From contig OZ243962.1 in the NCBI GenBank assembly GCA_965214625.1, forward strand, positions 1,645,278-1,709,277: 64,000 nt of DNA, in the 5' to 3' direction. The notes under the pieces were generated by a model. It searched no databases and was not told the DNA's origin. It saw nothing but the letters and a program-made list of their open reading frames with translations. Position numbers and translations under genes: made by a program. This document shows positions 51,828 to 62,570 of this stretch, piece after piece (position 1 is the stretch's first letter; each line of letters begins with the position of its first letter). The DNA comes from Candidatus Poriferihabitaceae bacterium. GTDB taxonomy: Bacteria > Pseudomonadota > Gammaproteobacteria > Arenicellales > Poriferihabitantaceae.

Positions 51828-52982
51828 GTGAAAATAACCGTTCATTCGAATATCAGCGACATCCCTGCCCGACAGTGGAATGGGCTGGTGCGCAATCACT
51901 ATCCCTTTTTAAGCCACGAGGTACTCGCTGCGATGGAGTCTCATGGCTGTGTCGGGGAGCGCACGGGATGGTTTCCCAAACATCTGAGCTATGTCGAGAA
52001 TGGGCGTTTGGTCGGTGCCATGCCGCTGTATGAGAAGCATAACTCATGGGGTGAATTTGTCTTCGACCATGCTTGGGCACAGGCCTATTATCATGCCGGG
52101 CTCGCGTATTTTCCCAAGCTGGTCAATGCCGTCCCGTTCACCCCCGCGACGGGGCAAAGAATATTGACTCATCCCGACAATAAAGCGCCTGTCATCAGCC
52201 GCCTCGTCAAGACGTTCAATTATCTGGCCGACAGTCAGCAATACAGTGGCGTCCACTGTCTTTTCCCCTCAGCCGAAGATTATGATCAGATGGACCAGCA
52301 GGGCGCGATTACACGAAATGACTGTCAATTTCATTGGTACAACCAGGGCTATGATAATTTTGACGCGTTTCTCTCGACGCTGAAATCAAAAAAGAGAAAA
52401 AATATCCGTCAGGAACGAAGAAAAGTCAGCGAGGCCGATATCAATATACGGCGTCTTGACGGACATGATGCCACCGAAAAAGACTGGATCGATTTTACCG
52501 GCCTGTATCACCGTATCTACCATCGCAAATACGGTGCCCCCGCATTTAATCACCATTATTTCATCGACATTGCGAAAAAAATCCCGTCACAGGTTCACCT
52601 GGTTTTGGCAGACGACGGCACTCGAAATCTGGCGGGCGCACTGATGTACAGTGATGACACAACATTGTATGGCCGGCATTGGGGGTGTGACCAATATGTA
52701 GACTGCCTGCATTTCGAATTGTGTTATTATCAGGGAATCGAGATGTGTATCGAAAACAAGTGGCACCGGTTTGACCCGGGTGCACAGGGAGAACACAAAG
52801 TGGCCCGTGGATTTGTTCCGACACCAACCCGTTCGTTGCACTGGATGGCCAACAGTCCCTTTTATGGATCGATCAAACAGTTCGCTGCCCATGAGAAAGC
52901 GGGCGTGCAACGTTATATTGATACGGTCATCCGTCACTCGCCCTATCAGGCGACCCGGACACCGAGATCCATCCATCAATGA
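51828..52982 (+). CDS. FemAB-like/GNAT-fold protein of the DUF482 (PF04339) family
   Basis: ORF 51729..52982. There is no in-frame ATG near the 5' end. GTG at 51828 (MKITVHSNISDIPARQWNGL...) best fits homolog N-termini. PFLSHEVLAAMESHGCV and WFPKHL are present. Confidence 0.75.
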   Translation: MKITVHSNISDIPARQWNGLVRNHYPFLSHEVLAAMESHGCVGERTGWFPKHLSYVENGRLVGAMPLYEKHNSWGEFVFDHAWAQAYYHAGLAYFPKLVNAVPFTPATGQRILTHPDNKAPVISRLVKTFNYLADSQQYSGVHCLFPSAEDYDQMDQQGAITRNDCQFHWYNQGYDNFDAFLSTLKSKKRKNIRQERRKVSEADINIRRLDGHDATEKDWIDFTGLYHRIYHRKYGAPAFNHHYFIDIAKKIPSQVHLVLADDGTRNLAGALMYSDDTTLYGRHWGCDQYVDCLHFELCYYQGIEMCIENKWHRFDPGAQGEHKVARGFVPTPTRSLHWMANSPFYGSIKQFAAHEKAGVQRYIDTVIRHSPYQATRTPRSIHQ

Positions 52983-53078
52983 GCTTCAGGGGTTCAATCC
53001 GGTCTCAATCCAAGGGCCCTTTCCCGTCCGTTTGACCCCGAGAGACAGCGACCTGTCGGTAAAACACCACAAGCCAAA

Positions 53079-53939
53079 ATGACCGCCAGCATGACCGCGT
53101 TTGCCCGGGCAGACCATGAGAATGGTCGATTAATCTGGGAAGTCCGTAGCGTGAATCACCGTTATCTGGATATTCATCTGAAGCTGCCAGACACTCTCAA
53201 AGCGCTCGAGACCGTGTGTCGCGAACAAATCAAGCGTTACCTCAGTCGAGGGAGAATTGATGCCCAACTCAGGCTGAACAGGGGATTGATAGGCGATTAC
53301 GAGGAGATGCTCGATGAGGACGTTGTCTCCGCAATGGCCCGAATCCGCGGCAAGATCCAGCGCCATATTCCCGATCTTGCCCCTCCTGGCTTGATCGAGG
53401 TGCTGCAATGGCCCGGGGTGGTCAGAGAACCGGTTCACCTTGATACCCGGTTGCATCAGCAGTCACTGGACCTGCTCAATACCGCTTTGGTGTCATTGGT
53501 TGGGCACCGTCGCAGGGAAGGACAACAGCTCGGGCAGCTTGTTTCGCGCCGTGTGGCCGCATGTCGTGCATTGCTTGAAGGGCTTTGGCGTGAGATTGAC
53601 ACGGTGGCCGCCCAGCTTGAACAGCAGTGGCGGGACCGGGCCAATGAACTGTGTCGCGAACTGGATGAGGCTCGATTGCACCAGGAAATTGCCTTGCTGA
53701 TCGCAAAAAGTGATGTCCATGAAGAACTGGACAGAGTGCAGACCCACCTTGACGAAGTGGCGCAGGTGTTGACTGACCGCAAACCGGTGGGTCGCCGCCT
53801 TGATTTTTTGATGCAGGAGTTGCATCGGGAGGTGAATACCCTGGGCGCAAAATCGATCGATCAAAAAATGACCCACGCCACGGTTGAACTGAAGGTATTG
53901 ATTGACCAGATGAGGGAACAGGTTCAGAATATCGAATGA
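53079..53939 (+). CDS. yicC: YicC-family stress-induced protein (endoribonuclease YicC-like)
   Basis: The 286-aa ORF shows MTASMTAFAR...WEVRSVNHRYLD and a C-terminal EVNTLGAKS block. Confidence 0.9.
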   Translation: MTASMTAFARADHENGRLIWEVRSVNHRYLDIHLKLPDTLKALETVCREQIKRYLSRGRIDAQLRLNRGLIGDYEEMLDEDVVSAMARIRGKIQRHIPDLAPPGLIEVLQWPGVVREPVHLDTRLHQQSLDLLNTALVSLVGHRRREGQQLGQLVSRRVAACRALLEGLWREIDTVAAQLEQQWRDRANELCRELDEARLHQEIALLIAKSDVHEELDRVQTHLDEVAQVLTDRKPVGRRLDFLMQELHREVNTLGAKSIDQKMTHATVELKVLIDQMREQVQNIE

Positions 53940-54294
53940 TTGCTGATTCGGGGCGGATAAGACGCCCTCAACGATGCACCGGTATCCGGGCCCAGTCCCT
54001 GGGTGATTCGCCAACGGTGGCGTGGCGCACGAGGCCATCGGGACCGGCGGCCGGATGTGGACACGAAAGACGGGCGAGACCGCGAGCCTTGGGTCGCAGC
54101 GGGCGACACACGGTGTCGAATACCACCGTCGAACCGGTCGCGCAAGCCACCGCCCCGACGGGCCTGGGAGCGAACAAGTTCGGCCTTGATGGGCCAGCGC
54201 AACGCCGGACAGCGATCTGGTTGAATTTGGCGGCGGACTCCCCAAATTGGTTAGATAAGCGAACAGTACGAATCCCAACAACGAATAAAGTCCG

Positions 54295-54873
54295 ATGCCG
54301 ATTCCGGGTATTTTGATCCTGTCCGCGCCTTCCGGTGCCGGCAAAACCAGTCTTGCACAGGCACTGGTTGACTCCCGGGCAGATGCAGAACTGACCATTT
54401 CTCACACCACTCGGCCGCAGCGACCCGGAGAGAAAAATGGGCAACATTATCATTTTGTGGATGAGCCGGCGTTCGGCAAAATGATCGAAACCAATCAGTT
54501 TATCGAGCACGCGACCGTTTACGGCCATTACTACGGAACGTCTGTCAAGTCAATCGAGGCACTGATTTTAAATGACAAGCATGCTATTCTGGATATAGAC
54601 TGGCAAGGGGCCAGAAATGTACGACATTTTTTTCAGGCATCAAAATCTGTATTTATCATGCCGCCTTCACTCGATGCACTGGAACGCCGGCTCAGAGAAC
54701 GGCGTCAGGATAGTGAGGAAGTGATTGCAAGACGCATGGGGAATGCACAAGACGAAATGAGCCATCGACACGAGTACAACACGATTATCGTGAACGATGA
54801 CTTTGACATGGCGCTTGCCGAATTACAGGCGATTTTGGACAGTTTTAATCGCTGTCCCAACGCCACTTACTAA
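54295..54873 (+). CDS. gmk: guanylate kinase
   Basis: The 192-aa ORF shows [11 protein letters not shown] (P-loop) and [20 protein letters not shown]. Confidence 0.95.
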   Translation: MPIPGILILSAPSGAGKTSLAQALVDSRADAELTISHTTRPQRPGEKNGQHYHFVDEPAFGKMIETNQFIEHATVYGHYYGTSVKSIEALILNDKHAILDIDWQGARNVRHFFQASKSVFIMPPSLDALERRLRERRQDSEEVIARRMGNAQDEMSHRHEYNTIIVNDDFDMALAELQAILDSFNRCPNATY

Positions 54874-54899
54874 CTGTTTCACATATTGAGGAAGTATCG

Positions 54900-55223
54900 A
54901 TGGCACGTGTGACCGTGACAGATTGTCTGGAAAATGTCGACAATCGATTTCAACTGGTTCTGGTGGCGACCAAACGCGCCAGACAGCTGATTTTGGGCGC
55001 AGAACCCCTGGTTCCAGCAGAAAATGACAAACCAACGGTCATCGCACTGCGAGAAATTGCCGAGGGAAAAATAGGAGCGTCCATCCTCCAGGAAGAAATC
55101 ACCCTCCCCGGTCTGGAGTTTGAAGAAAACGAAACGGGGAGCGAGTCGTTGGAACTAGCAGGGGAAAACGGTGATGGCGAGCAAGTTGCAGCTAGCCCAG
55201 CGGCTGAAGCAGAGCCTCAGTAA
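54900..55223 (+). CDS. rpoZ: DNA-directed RNA polymerase subunit omega
   Basis: The 107-aa ORF shows [30 protein letters not shown]. Confidence 0.95.
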   Translation: MARVTVTDCLENVDNRFQLVLVATKRARQLILGAEPLVPAENDKPTVIALREIAEGKIGASILQEEITLPGLEFEENETGSESLELAGENGDGEQVAASPAAEAEPQ

Positions 55224-57378
55224 CTACACATTCAGCAGTGCCGCTTCCGACCAGCAAGTCCTGATCGATGAACTGACCGGGAAGCTGGGGGCTTACCTCA
55301 GCCAAAGCGCCGTTGGCGACATTTACGAGGCGTATATTTTTGGTGCTGAAGCCCACAAAGGGCAAAAACGGCTCAGCGGGGAAGACTATATCTACCATCC
55401 CCTGGCGGTGGCCAGTCTATTGGCCGGGATGCGGATGGACAGCCGGACGATCATTGCCGCCATCTTGCACGATGTGTTGGAGGATACCCGTTTCACGCTA
55501 GATCAACTCGCCGAAAGATTCGGAGACGAGGTGGCGATGTTGGTGGATGGTGTAAGCAAGGTCAGTCAACTGGAACAAGAATCCAAGGAACATGCCGAGG
55601 CGGCTTCCTTTCGAAAAATGTTCATGGCCATGGCAAAAGACATCCGGGTCATCATCATCAAGCTCTCCGACCGGCTGCACAACATGCGGACACTGTCTTC
55701 GCTCAAGGAAGAAAAAAAGCGGCGCATATCGAAACAAACGCTGGAAATATACGCACCGATCGCCAATCGGTTGGGCATGCGGGAGCTGGCGCAGACACTG
55801 GAAGATTTGAGCCTTCAGAATCTCTATCCGAAACGCTATGCGGCGATTGAAAAAAAGATAAAAAGCGCAAAACGGGGGAGAAAGCCGGTCATTGAAGACA
55901 TTTGCAATCATGTCAAACACCACTTGGACCAGGCCGGACTGGTTGCCGACGTCTACGGCCGAGAAAAAAATGTCTACAGCATTTATCACAAAATGCGAAA
56001 GAAAAAACTCCTGTTGAAAGACCTCCAGGATATCAATGCGATACGGATCATTACCCCCGTGAGGCATCAGTGTTATCAGGTGCTGGGCATCGTTCATCAA
56101 ATCTACAAACCGAGGCCGGCCAGTTTCAAGGACTATATTGCACTGCCCAAGGTCAATGGCTACCAGTCGTTGCATACCGTGGTGTTCGGCCCGTTCGGTC
56201 AACCGGTTGAAGTGCAAATCCGCAGCCGATCAATGCATCAGACCGCCGAGAAGGGGGTGGCCTCTCACTGGCTTTACAAAACAGAAACGACCGGCGAACA
56301 TGCACCGCATCAACTGGCCCAGCAGTGGTTGAGCGACTTTCTGGAGTCTCAGCAGCGCTCGGCAAATTCAGGCGAATTTCTTGACCACCTCAAGGCAGAC
56401 CTGTTTCCCGATAAGGTGTTTGTTTTTACCCCCAAAGGAGATATCAAACGCCTCCCGAGAGGCGCCACGGCACTGGACTTCGCTTATTCCGTGCATTCGG
56501 CGATCGGCGACCATTGCTATGGCGCAAAAATCAATCAGATTACCGTCCCATTGCACGAGAAACTTCGAAATGGTGATCATATCGAGATTGTGACCGCTCG
56601 CAAGGCGCGCCCCGCGCCCTCATGGCTCAACTACGCCATTACCTCCAGGGCACGCTCTTCAATTCGCCATTATCTCAACCAACAAAAGACCAAAGAATCC
56701 GTCAGGTTGGGCAGAAAACTACTGAGGACAGCGCTGTATAACCAGGGCTATCGGAAGCTCCGCATACCCAGTGTCGACAAGGTGGGCTTGTTGAAACAGC
56801 TTGATCTGGATGACTGGAAGCAATTGCTCATTGAGATCGGTTTCGGCCAGCGTTCGCCAACACTGGTCGCCAAACAGCTCCTCGAAGCGGCCATCAGTAC
56901 CGGACGCAACAAGGTGATGGACAAGGCGGAGCAAAAACCCGTCGCATTGACCATTGAAGGCACTGAAAGACTGCTTATTACCTATGCCACCTGTTGCTAT
57001 CCGATCCCCGGAGACCACATTATCGGGATCACTGCCCGGGGAAAGGGGTTGATTGTTCACCAGTCACGATGCGGCAATTGTAAAAGCCTGCTCAGACATC
57101 CTGACAATTACGTCCATCTTGAGTGGGCTGATTCGACGCAAGGGAAATTCCAAGCCAGACTCAGGCTCGATACACTGAATGAACCCGGGGTGCTGGCGAC
57201 AATCAGCAGTATTATCGCGCAACATGATTCGAATATAGGCAACCTGAGTGCCGACCCGAAACATGATCAGACATCGGACATATCGTTCGTGATGGACGTG
57301 AAAGACCGCACCCATCTTGCCAATATCATGCGCCAGTTGCATGCCCAAAAGGCCGTCATCAAACTGTACCGCGGATAA
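55174..57378 (+). CDS. spoT: bifunctional (p)ppGpp synthetase/hydrolase
   Basis: ORF 55171..57378. It has an HD hydrolase domain ([17 protein letters not shown]), a synthetase domain, and TGS and ACT regions. It follows rpoZ as in the canonical operon. Confidence 0.93.
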   Translation: MASKLQLAQRLKQSLSNYTFSSAASDQQVLIDELTGKLGAYLSQSAVGDIYEAYIFGAEAHKGQKRLSGEDYIYHPLAVASLLAGMRMDSRTIIAAILHDVLEDTRFTLDQLAERFGDEVAMLVDGVSKVSQLEQESKEHAEAASFRKMFMAMAKDIRVIIIKLSDRLHNMRTLSSLKEEKKRRISKQTLEIYAPIANRLGMRELAQTLEDLSLQNLYPKRYAAIEKKIKSAKRGRKPVIEDICNHVKHHLDQAGLVADVYGREKNVYSIYHKMRKKKLLLKDLQDINAIRIITPVRHQCYQVLGIVHQIYKPRPASFKDYIALPKVNGYQSLHTVVFGPFGQPVEVQIRSRSMHQTAEKGVASHWLYKTETTGEHAPHQLAQQWLSDFLESQQRSANSGEFLDHLKADLFPDKVFVFTPKGDIKRLPRGATALDFAYSVHSAIGDHCYGAKINQITVPLHEKLRNGDHIEIVTARKARPAPSWLNYAITSRARSSIRHYLNQQKTKESVRLGRKLLRTALYNQGYRKLRIPSVDKVGLLKQLDLDDWKQLLIEIGFGQRSPTLVAKQLLEAAISTGRNKVMDKAEQKPVALTIEGTERLLITYATCCYPIPGDHIIGITARGKGLIVHQSRCGNCKSLLRHPDNYVHLEWADSTQGKFQARLRLDTLNEPGVLATISSIIAQHDSNIGNLSADPKHDQTSDISFVMDVKDRTHLANIMRQLHAQKAVIKLYRG

Positions 57379-57387
57379 GCCATCGAA

Positions 57388-57864
57388 ATGCACCAAGTGC
57401 TGTTTGTTTGTCTGGGCAATATCTGCCGTTCACCGATGGCGGAGGGCATTTTCCGTGCATTGGTGCAGCGAAAGGGCCTGGCAAACCAGTTTCATGTTGA
57501 TTCGGCCGGCACGGGTGACTGGCACACTGGGTCGCCGCCGGATGAACGCGCGCAGCGGGTTGCCCGGCAGCGAGGCATTGACCTTTCAAGCTTGCGTGCC
57601 CGCAAGGTCTGTGTTGACGACATGCAACAATTTGACACCATTGTGGCCATGGATCGATCGAACTTGACGGCACTCACGACACTCGCCGGCACGGAATATG
57701 CCCATAAACTCCATCTGTTGCTGACATTCGCGCCTGAATTTGACACCGATGAGGTGCCGGACCCCTACTATGGCCGAGAAACGGGTTTTGACGAGGTGGC
57801 CGATATGATAGAGATTGCAAGCACACAACTCCTGAGACAGATTCGGTTGCCATCGGCATGTTAG
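57388..57864 (+). CDS. low-molecular-weight protein-tyrosine phosphatase
   Basis: The 158-aa ORF shows VLFVCLGNICRSPMAEG (CX5R(S/T) P-loop) and a DPYYG D-loop. Confidence 0.9.
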   Translation: MHQVLFVCLGNICRSPMAEGIFRALVQRKGLANQFHVDSAGTGDWHTGSPPDERAQRVARQRGIDLSSLRARKVCVDDMQQFDTIVAMDRSNLTALTTLAGTEYAHKLHLLLTFAPEFDTDEVPDPYYGRETGFDEVADMIEIASTQLLRQIRLPSAC

Positions 57865-58349
57865 CGCGTATTATCAGCCTTGATATTGATCTGACGCTCC
57901 AAAGGCTCACGCTCAATCACGACGGCCGTCGATTTAAGGACTATTTGATCTCGACGGCAGCTAACGGGCCTGGCGAACAGCAAGACAGTGGCTGTACGCC
58001 GCGAGGAAGACACTGTATACGGGCCAAGATAGGCGAGGGGCTACCCGTCAATTCGGTCTTGGTCGGGAGACGGCCTACCGGGGAAATCTATCGCCGGGGC
58101 TTGAAAGAAATCTATCCGGATCGCGATTGGATATTGACCCGTATTTTATGGCTCAGTGGCTGTGAGCCGGGCGTCAATCGATTAGGGAAGGTCGATACGA
58201 TGCGACGTTATATCTACATTCACGGTGCACCGGATGATGTCGTGATGGGAAAACCCGGATCAAAGGGGTGCATCCGGATGCAAAATCAGGATCTGTTGGC
58301 ACTGTTCTCCCAAGTGGCGGTTGGTACCAGGGTCGATATCCATGCCTGA
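57858..58349 (+). CDS. L,D-transpeptidase (YkuD) catalytic-domain protein
   Basis: The 163-aa ORF shows IHG...GSKGCIRMQNQDLLAL (catalytic His/Cys motif). It overlaps the PTP gene end by 7 nt. Confidence 0.8.
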   Translation: MLARIISLDIDLTLQRLTLNHDGRRFKDYLISTAANGPGEQQDSGCTPRGRHCIRAKIGEGLPVNSVLVGRRPTGEIYRRGLKEIYPDRDWILTRILWLSGCEPGVNRLGKVDTMRRYIYIHGAPDDVVMGKPGSKGCIRMQNQDLLALFSQVAVGTRVDIHA

Positions 58350-59349
58350 AAGGTTACTCGGCCCCCTGATGGTTGATGTCGCCGGGCTGACATTAACGGA
58401 GGAGGAAAGGCAGTTTCTTCGGCAACCGGCGGTCGGTGGCGTGATTCTGTTTGCCCGGAACTACCATTCAAAGCCACAGATCGGTCAACTGGTCGAGCAA
58501 ATCAGGATACTCAGAACGCCCTCTTTGTTGGTTGCCGTGGATCAGGAGGGGGGTCGGGTACAACGGTTTAAAGAGGGTTACCATCCCCTCCCCGCTTTGC
58601 ATCAGTTCGGCCTGATGTATCATGAACATCCGCAAGAAGCTCGAAAGATGGCAAGACTGGCGGGGAAACTGATGGCCGCCGAGCTCATCGAAGTGGGCCT
58701 GGATTTTAGTTTTGCGCCGGTCTTGGATCGATACAGTGCGGGTGATCACGTCATTGGTGACCGGGCATTCCACGAGGATGTAACCATCATTGTCGCATTA
58801 GCCGCCGAGTACATCGCGGGGATGAACAGCATGGGGATGCAGGCCACCGGCAAGCATTTTCCGGGGCACGGCGGGGTACAGGGCGACTCGCATTTCATGA
58901 AACCCGTGGATGCGCGCACATGGGATGAGCTGCAGCACAGCGATCTTATCCCGTTCGGGCAGCTGGCGGACCGGCTTGGAGGGATCATGACGGCGCATGT
59001 CCATTATCCGGCCATAGACCCGCAAACGGTGACATTTTCATCATTTTGGATCCATGAGGTGTTACGGCACAAAATGGGATTCGACGGTGTGGTGTTTAGT
59101 GATGACCTGTCAATGGGCGGCGCACTGGATGCCGGCGACCCCGTTGACCGGGTCGAGCGGGCCCTGGAGGCCGGTTGCGACATGGCCCTCATTTGTAACG
59201 ACCCGCAGTCAGCCCGATGGGTTAGCCGCCGGATGGCCGGACAAAATACAAATCAAGCCCGATTGCAGCGCATGCGGCCCCGGGCGGTTCGCTGGCCCGC
59301 ACAGGAGGAAATCATGGCCATGCGACAGACCTTGGCAAGGCTGCCCTAG
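58342..59349 (+). CDS. nagZ: beta-N-acetylhexosaminidase (peptidoglycan recycling)
   Basis: ORF 58321..59349. The start is MPERLLGPLMVDVAG. VAVDQEGGRVQRF, KHFPGHG and VFSDDLSM are present. Confidence 0.93.
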   Translation: MPERLLGPLMVDVAGLTLTEEERQFLRQPAVGGVILFARNYHSKPQIGQLVEQIRILRTPSLLVAVDQEGGRVQRFKEGYHPLPALHQFGLMYHEHPQEARKMARLAGKLMAAELIEVGLDFSFAPVLDRYSAGDHVIGDRAFHEDVTIIVALAAEYIAGMNSMGMQATGKHFPGHGGVQGDSHFMKPVDARTWDELQHSDLIPFGQLADRLGGIMTAHVHYPAIDPQTVTFSSFWIHEVLRHKMGFDGVVFSDDLSMGGALDAGDPVDRVERALEAGCDMALICNDPQSARWVSRRMAGQNTNQARLQRMRPRAVRWPAQEEIMAMRQTLARLP

Positions 59350-59426
59350 GCGGGATTCCACCACCACAATGGGTGCGATGGCCATGACTTGATTCGGCAG
59401 TGTTTGCGCTAAGGGAACGGCCAGAT

Positions 59427-62400
59427 TCAACGGAGCGACGGTGCCCCCTCGCGGGTTTGCAAGGGTTTTTTATACCATTTCTCCGCCATATCCTCATAGA
59501 TCAACAGCAAGGAGGGCAGTAAAAATAAAATCAATAAGGTTGCAAAACCCAGTCCAAAAGCCAGACTTGTTGCCATCGGGATCAAAAACTGCGCTTGCAA
59601 GGACGTCTCAAACAGGAGCGGCGTCAATCCGCCAATTGTCGTCAAAGAGGTTAACAGGACGGCTCGAAAACGCCGGCAGGCCGCTTCTTTGACCGCAGGG
59701 GAAACGGCAACACCCTGCTGTCGAAGCTGTTTATAAAAGACGACCAGGATAATCGAGTCATTGACAACGATACCGGACAAACCGAAGAAACCAAACAGGG
59801 ACAGCAACGTGATGCTCTGTTGCATCATCACATGTCCCCAAACGGCCCCAATCAAGCCAAACGGGATAATGAACATGACGATCAGTGGCCATCCGTAGGA
59901 ACCAAACACCCATGACAACACCAAGTAGATCAAGGCCAGTGCCAGGATCATGCCGACCTGCATATCGCCCAGCGTCTCCTCTTGGTCTGCCTGGCGCCCT
60001 TCAAAGGAAAACCCGACGCCCATCTGTCGTGCCAATTCCGGCAACACGGTGCGTTCAAGGTTGGTCCTGATCTCATTGGCATTGTTGACCGTCGGGTCGA
60101 CATTTCCGACCACGGTGACCGCCAGTTTGCCATTCGAATGGCGTATCGAATTAAAACCCCTCTCGACCTGAACATCGGCCAGATTGCTGATCGTCTCAGA
60201 CCGGCCGCTTGGCAAAACAATGCTCAATGTATCGAGACTTGCGATGAGGTCTCTTTCGTGTTCGGGCAATTGCACGGTGACATCAACATCGTCGTAGCCG
60301 TCGGATATCTCTTGGACCGTATAGCCGTCATAGGCGGCCCGAAGCTGACGGGACAGATTGTCGACACTCACGCCTAGCGCCTGCGCGGTCGGTGTTAATT
60401 TGAGTACCATTTGCTCCCGGCCATACGGGGCATCATCAGTGATCCCTGATACGCCGGGTATGTTTCGTAACACCTGTTGCAATTGCTCGGAGGCCACTTT
60501 GACCTGTTGAATACGCTCACCGGTGATACGGATGTCGATATCATTACCCGGTGGCCCGGCTCTGGGCTCGACCACGACAAAATTTTCTCTTCCGGGAACA
60601 GGCGGCAGTTTTTGCTTCAATGCTTTGATGATTTCACGATTTCTTGTATTGCGTTGATCAGGGTCAACCAGTTCAACCCGTACGGACCCGAATTGGTCGC
60701 CCGTTTCACGTCCCGCATTTTGTCCTTCAACTGTCCCGTGCCGAGTCACCACGAGATCGATGAAACTTTCACCGATCTCTTTCTCGACCTGATAAAGGGT
60801 CTTTTCCACCTCGGCAAGATATTGTTTGACCCGGGCGGCAGAGGTGCCGGACACGAAACCGACATTGGCATATATTCGGTCGGCTTCGGCGGTGGGGAAA
60901 AACTGGAACGCCAATCGCCCACTCACGACCCAGCCCACGGTTATCACCAGTAACGCAATGGAAACGGCCACCGTGCTCCAGCGAAACGACAGCGCTCCCT
61001 CCAAGGCCGGCCGGAACACCTTCTCTCGAAAACCCGTGAAGCCCGCATCGAGCTTGTGGCGCAGAGGACTTTGCGAGTGCGGTTTCATTTTCCGAAAGGA
61101 CTGTGTCAGATGGCCCGGCATGATCAAGAAACATTCAACCAGTGAGGCCAAAATGATGCAGATCACAACAATCGGTATTTCCTTCATGATGCTGCCGATG
61201 TTTCCACCAATCAGCAGGAGAGGCAAAAAGGCAGCGATGGTGGTCAGTGAGGATGAAAATACGGGCCCTCGCATTCTCAATGCGGCATCCCGGCCCGAAT
61301 AAATACGGGCTTCACCACGCTCATACTGGGCCATGGCATCTTCACCGACCACAATGGCATCATCAACGATGATTCCCAGTCCCATAATCAAGGCGAACAG
61401 GCTGACCATGTTAATTGAACCGCCAGCGAGATAAAGAATGGCGAGTGAGGCCATAAATGAAACGGGTATTCCAACGGCAATCCACCAGGCAACCCGTGCG
61501 TTTATAAAGAAAAAAAGAATGAGAATGACGAGCAGCAATCCCCCCAGTCCATTTTTAACCAGCAAGTCGATCCGTCCTTTGAGCAGTTGCCACTGCTCGT
61601 TGAATGGCGTGATCTCCACCCCGGCCGGGAGTTGATTGCGAGCCTGTTCAATCCATTGATGAAAGATGCCCGCAGCCTTGAGGCTGTCACTGTTTTCGGA
61701 TCGATTCAAGGATAATTCAACCGCCGGTTTTCCTCGAAGATAAATGGACACCTGGTCTTGTTTCGGTTTCTTTGCTATCTTTGCGATGTCACCCAAAGCC
61801 AGTAAACGCCCCTGATCGGTGACAACGGGGAGCGATTCAAACGCGAGGTCACTGTCCCTTCTCTCGCGAAACCGCAGTTGGCGGGACGTTTCCGACCGCC
61901 CGATCACGCCAACCGGAAGATCGACGGATCGGGTTGCAATGTTTCTTCCGATGGCGTCAATCGACAACCCAAGTTCACGCAATCGACCGGAGGCGATTTC
62001 GATTGAAATCTCCTCTTCAGGCAACCCGGCGATAAAAATTTTGGCAATCCCCCGATCAAGCAACTCCCGTTCAAACCGATTAACCAGGCCTCTCAGTTCA
62101 TTGATGTCCTGCGGTCCGGTGATCAACAGCTTGGCGACCCCTTCATAACGCGTTGCCTTTGTCACCACGGGATTTTCCGCCCCATCGGGCAGGTTGCGAA
62201 CCTGGTCAACCTGCTGTCTGACTTGATCAATCGCTAATCCCATATCGGTTTTTTCTTCAAACTCAAGCGTGATGGATGCAACGCCTTCAGACGAAGTCGA
62301 GGTCATCTGTTTGATGAAATCCACATCCTGAAGCGTTTGCTCCAGCGGGATAGTGATCAGTGTTTCAACATCATCGGCGCTGGCACCACTCCAGGCAACC

Positions 62401-62561
62401 CTCACGCTGACATAATCAATATTGAAACTCGGTAAAAACTGGGTGTTGAGTTGTCGCAATCCCCACAATCCGGCCAGCAGCATCATGGCCATTAGCAAGT
62501 TGGCCGCAACAGGATGCTGGCTGAACATATCAGTCAGACCCCTGTTCGGTTCGGCAGTCAT
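59427..62561 (-). CDS. RND-family efflux transporter permease (AcrB/HAE-type)
   Basis: The 1044-aa ORF has a 12-TM architecture with two large periplasmic loops. GIIVDDAIVVGE is present. Confidence 0.9.
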   Translation of the reverse strand: MTAEPNRGLTDMFSQHPVAANLLMAMMLLAGLWGLRQLNTQFLPSFNIDYVSVRVAWSGASADDVETLITIPLEQTLQDVDFIKQMTSTSSEGVASITLEFEEKTDMGLAIDQVRQQVDQVRNLPDGAENPVVTKATRYEGVAKLLITGPQDINELRGLVNRFERELLDRGIAKIFIAGLPEEEISIEIASGRLRELGLSIDAIGRNIATRSVDLPVGVIGRSETSRQLRFRERRDSDLAFESLPVVTDQGRLLALGDIAKIAKKPKQDQVSIYLRGKPAVELSLNRSENSDSLKAAGIFHQWIEQARNQLPAGVEITPFNEQWQLLKGRIDLLVKNGLGGLLLVILILFFFINARVAWWIAVGIPVSFMASLAILYLAGGSINMVSLFALIMGLGIIVDDAIVVGEDAMAQYERGEARIYSGRDAALRMRGPVFSSSLTTIAAFLPLLLIGGNIGSIMKEIPIVVICIILASLVECFLIMPGHLTQSFRKMKPHSQSPLRHKLDAGFTGFREKVFRPALEGALSFRWSTVAVSIALLVITVGWVVSGRLAFQFFPTAEADRIYANVGFVSGTSAARVKQYLAEVEKTLYQVEKEIGESFIDLVVTRHGTVEGQNAGRETGDQFGSVRVELVDPDQRNTRNREIIKALKQKLPPVPGRENFVVVEPRAGPPGNDIDIRITGERIQQVKVASEQLQQVLRNIPGVSGITDDAPYGREQMVLKLTPTAQALGVSVDNLSRQLRAAYDGYTVQEISDGYDDVDVTVQLPEHERDLIASLDTLSIVLPSGRSETISNLADVQVERGFNSIRHSNGKLAVTVVGNVDPTVNNANEIRTNLERTVLPELARQMGVGFSFEGRQADQEETLGDMQVGMILALALIYLVLSWVFGSYGWPLIVMFIIPFGLIGAVWGHVMMQQSITLLSLFGFFGLSGIVVNDSIILVVFYKQLRQQGVAVSPAVKEAACRRFRAVLLTSLTTIGGLTPLLFETSLQAQFLIPMATSLAFGLGFATLLILFLLPSLLLIYEDMAEKWYKKPLQTREGAPSLR

Positions 62562-62570
62562 GTTGCTTGG

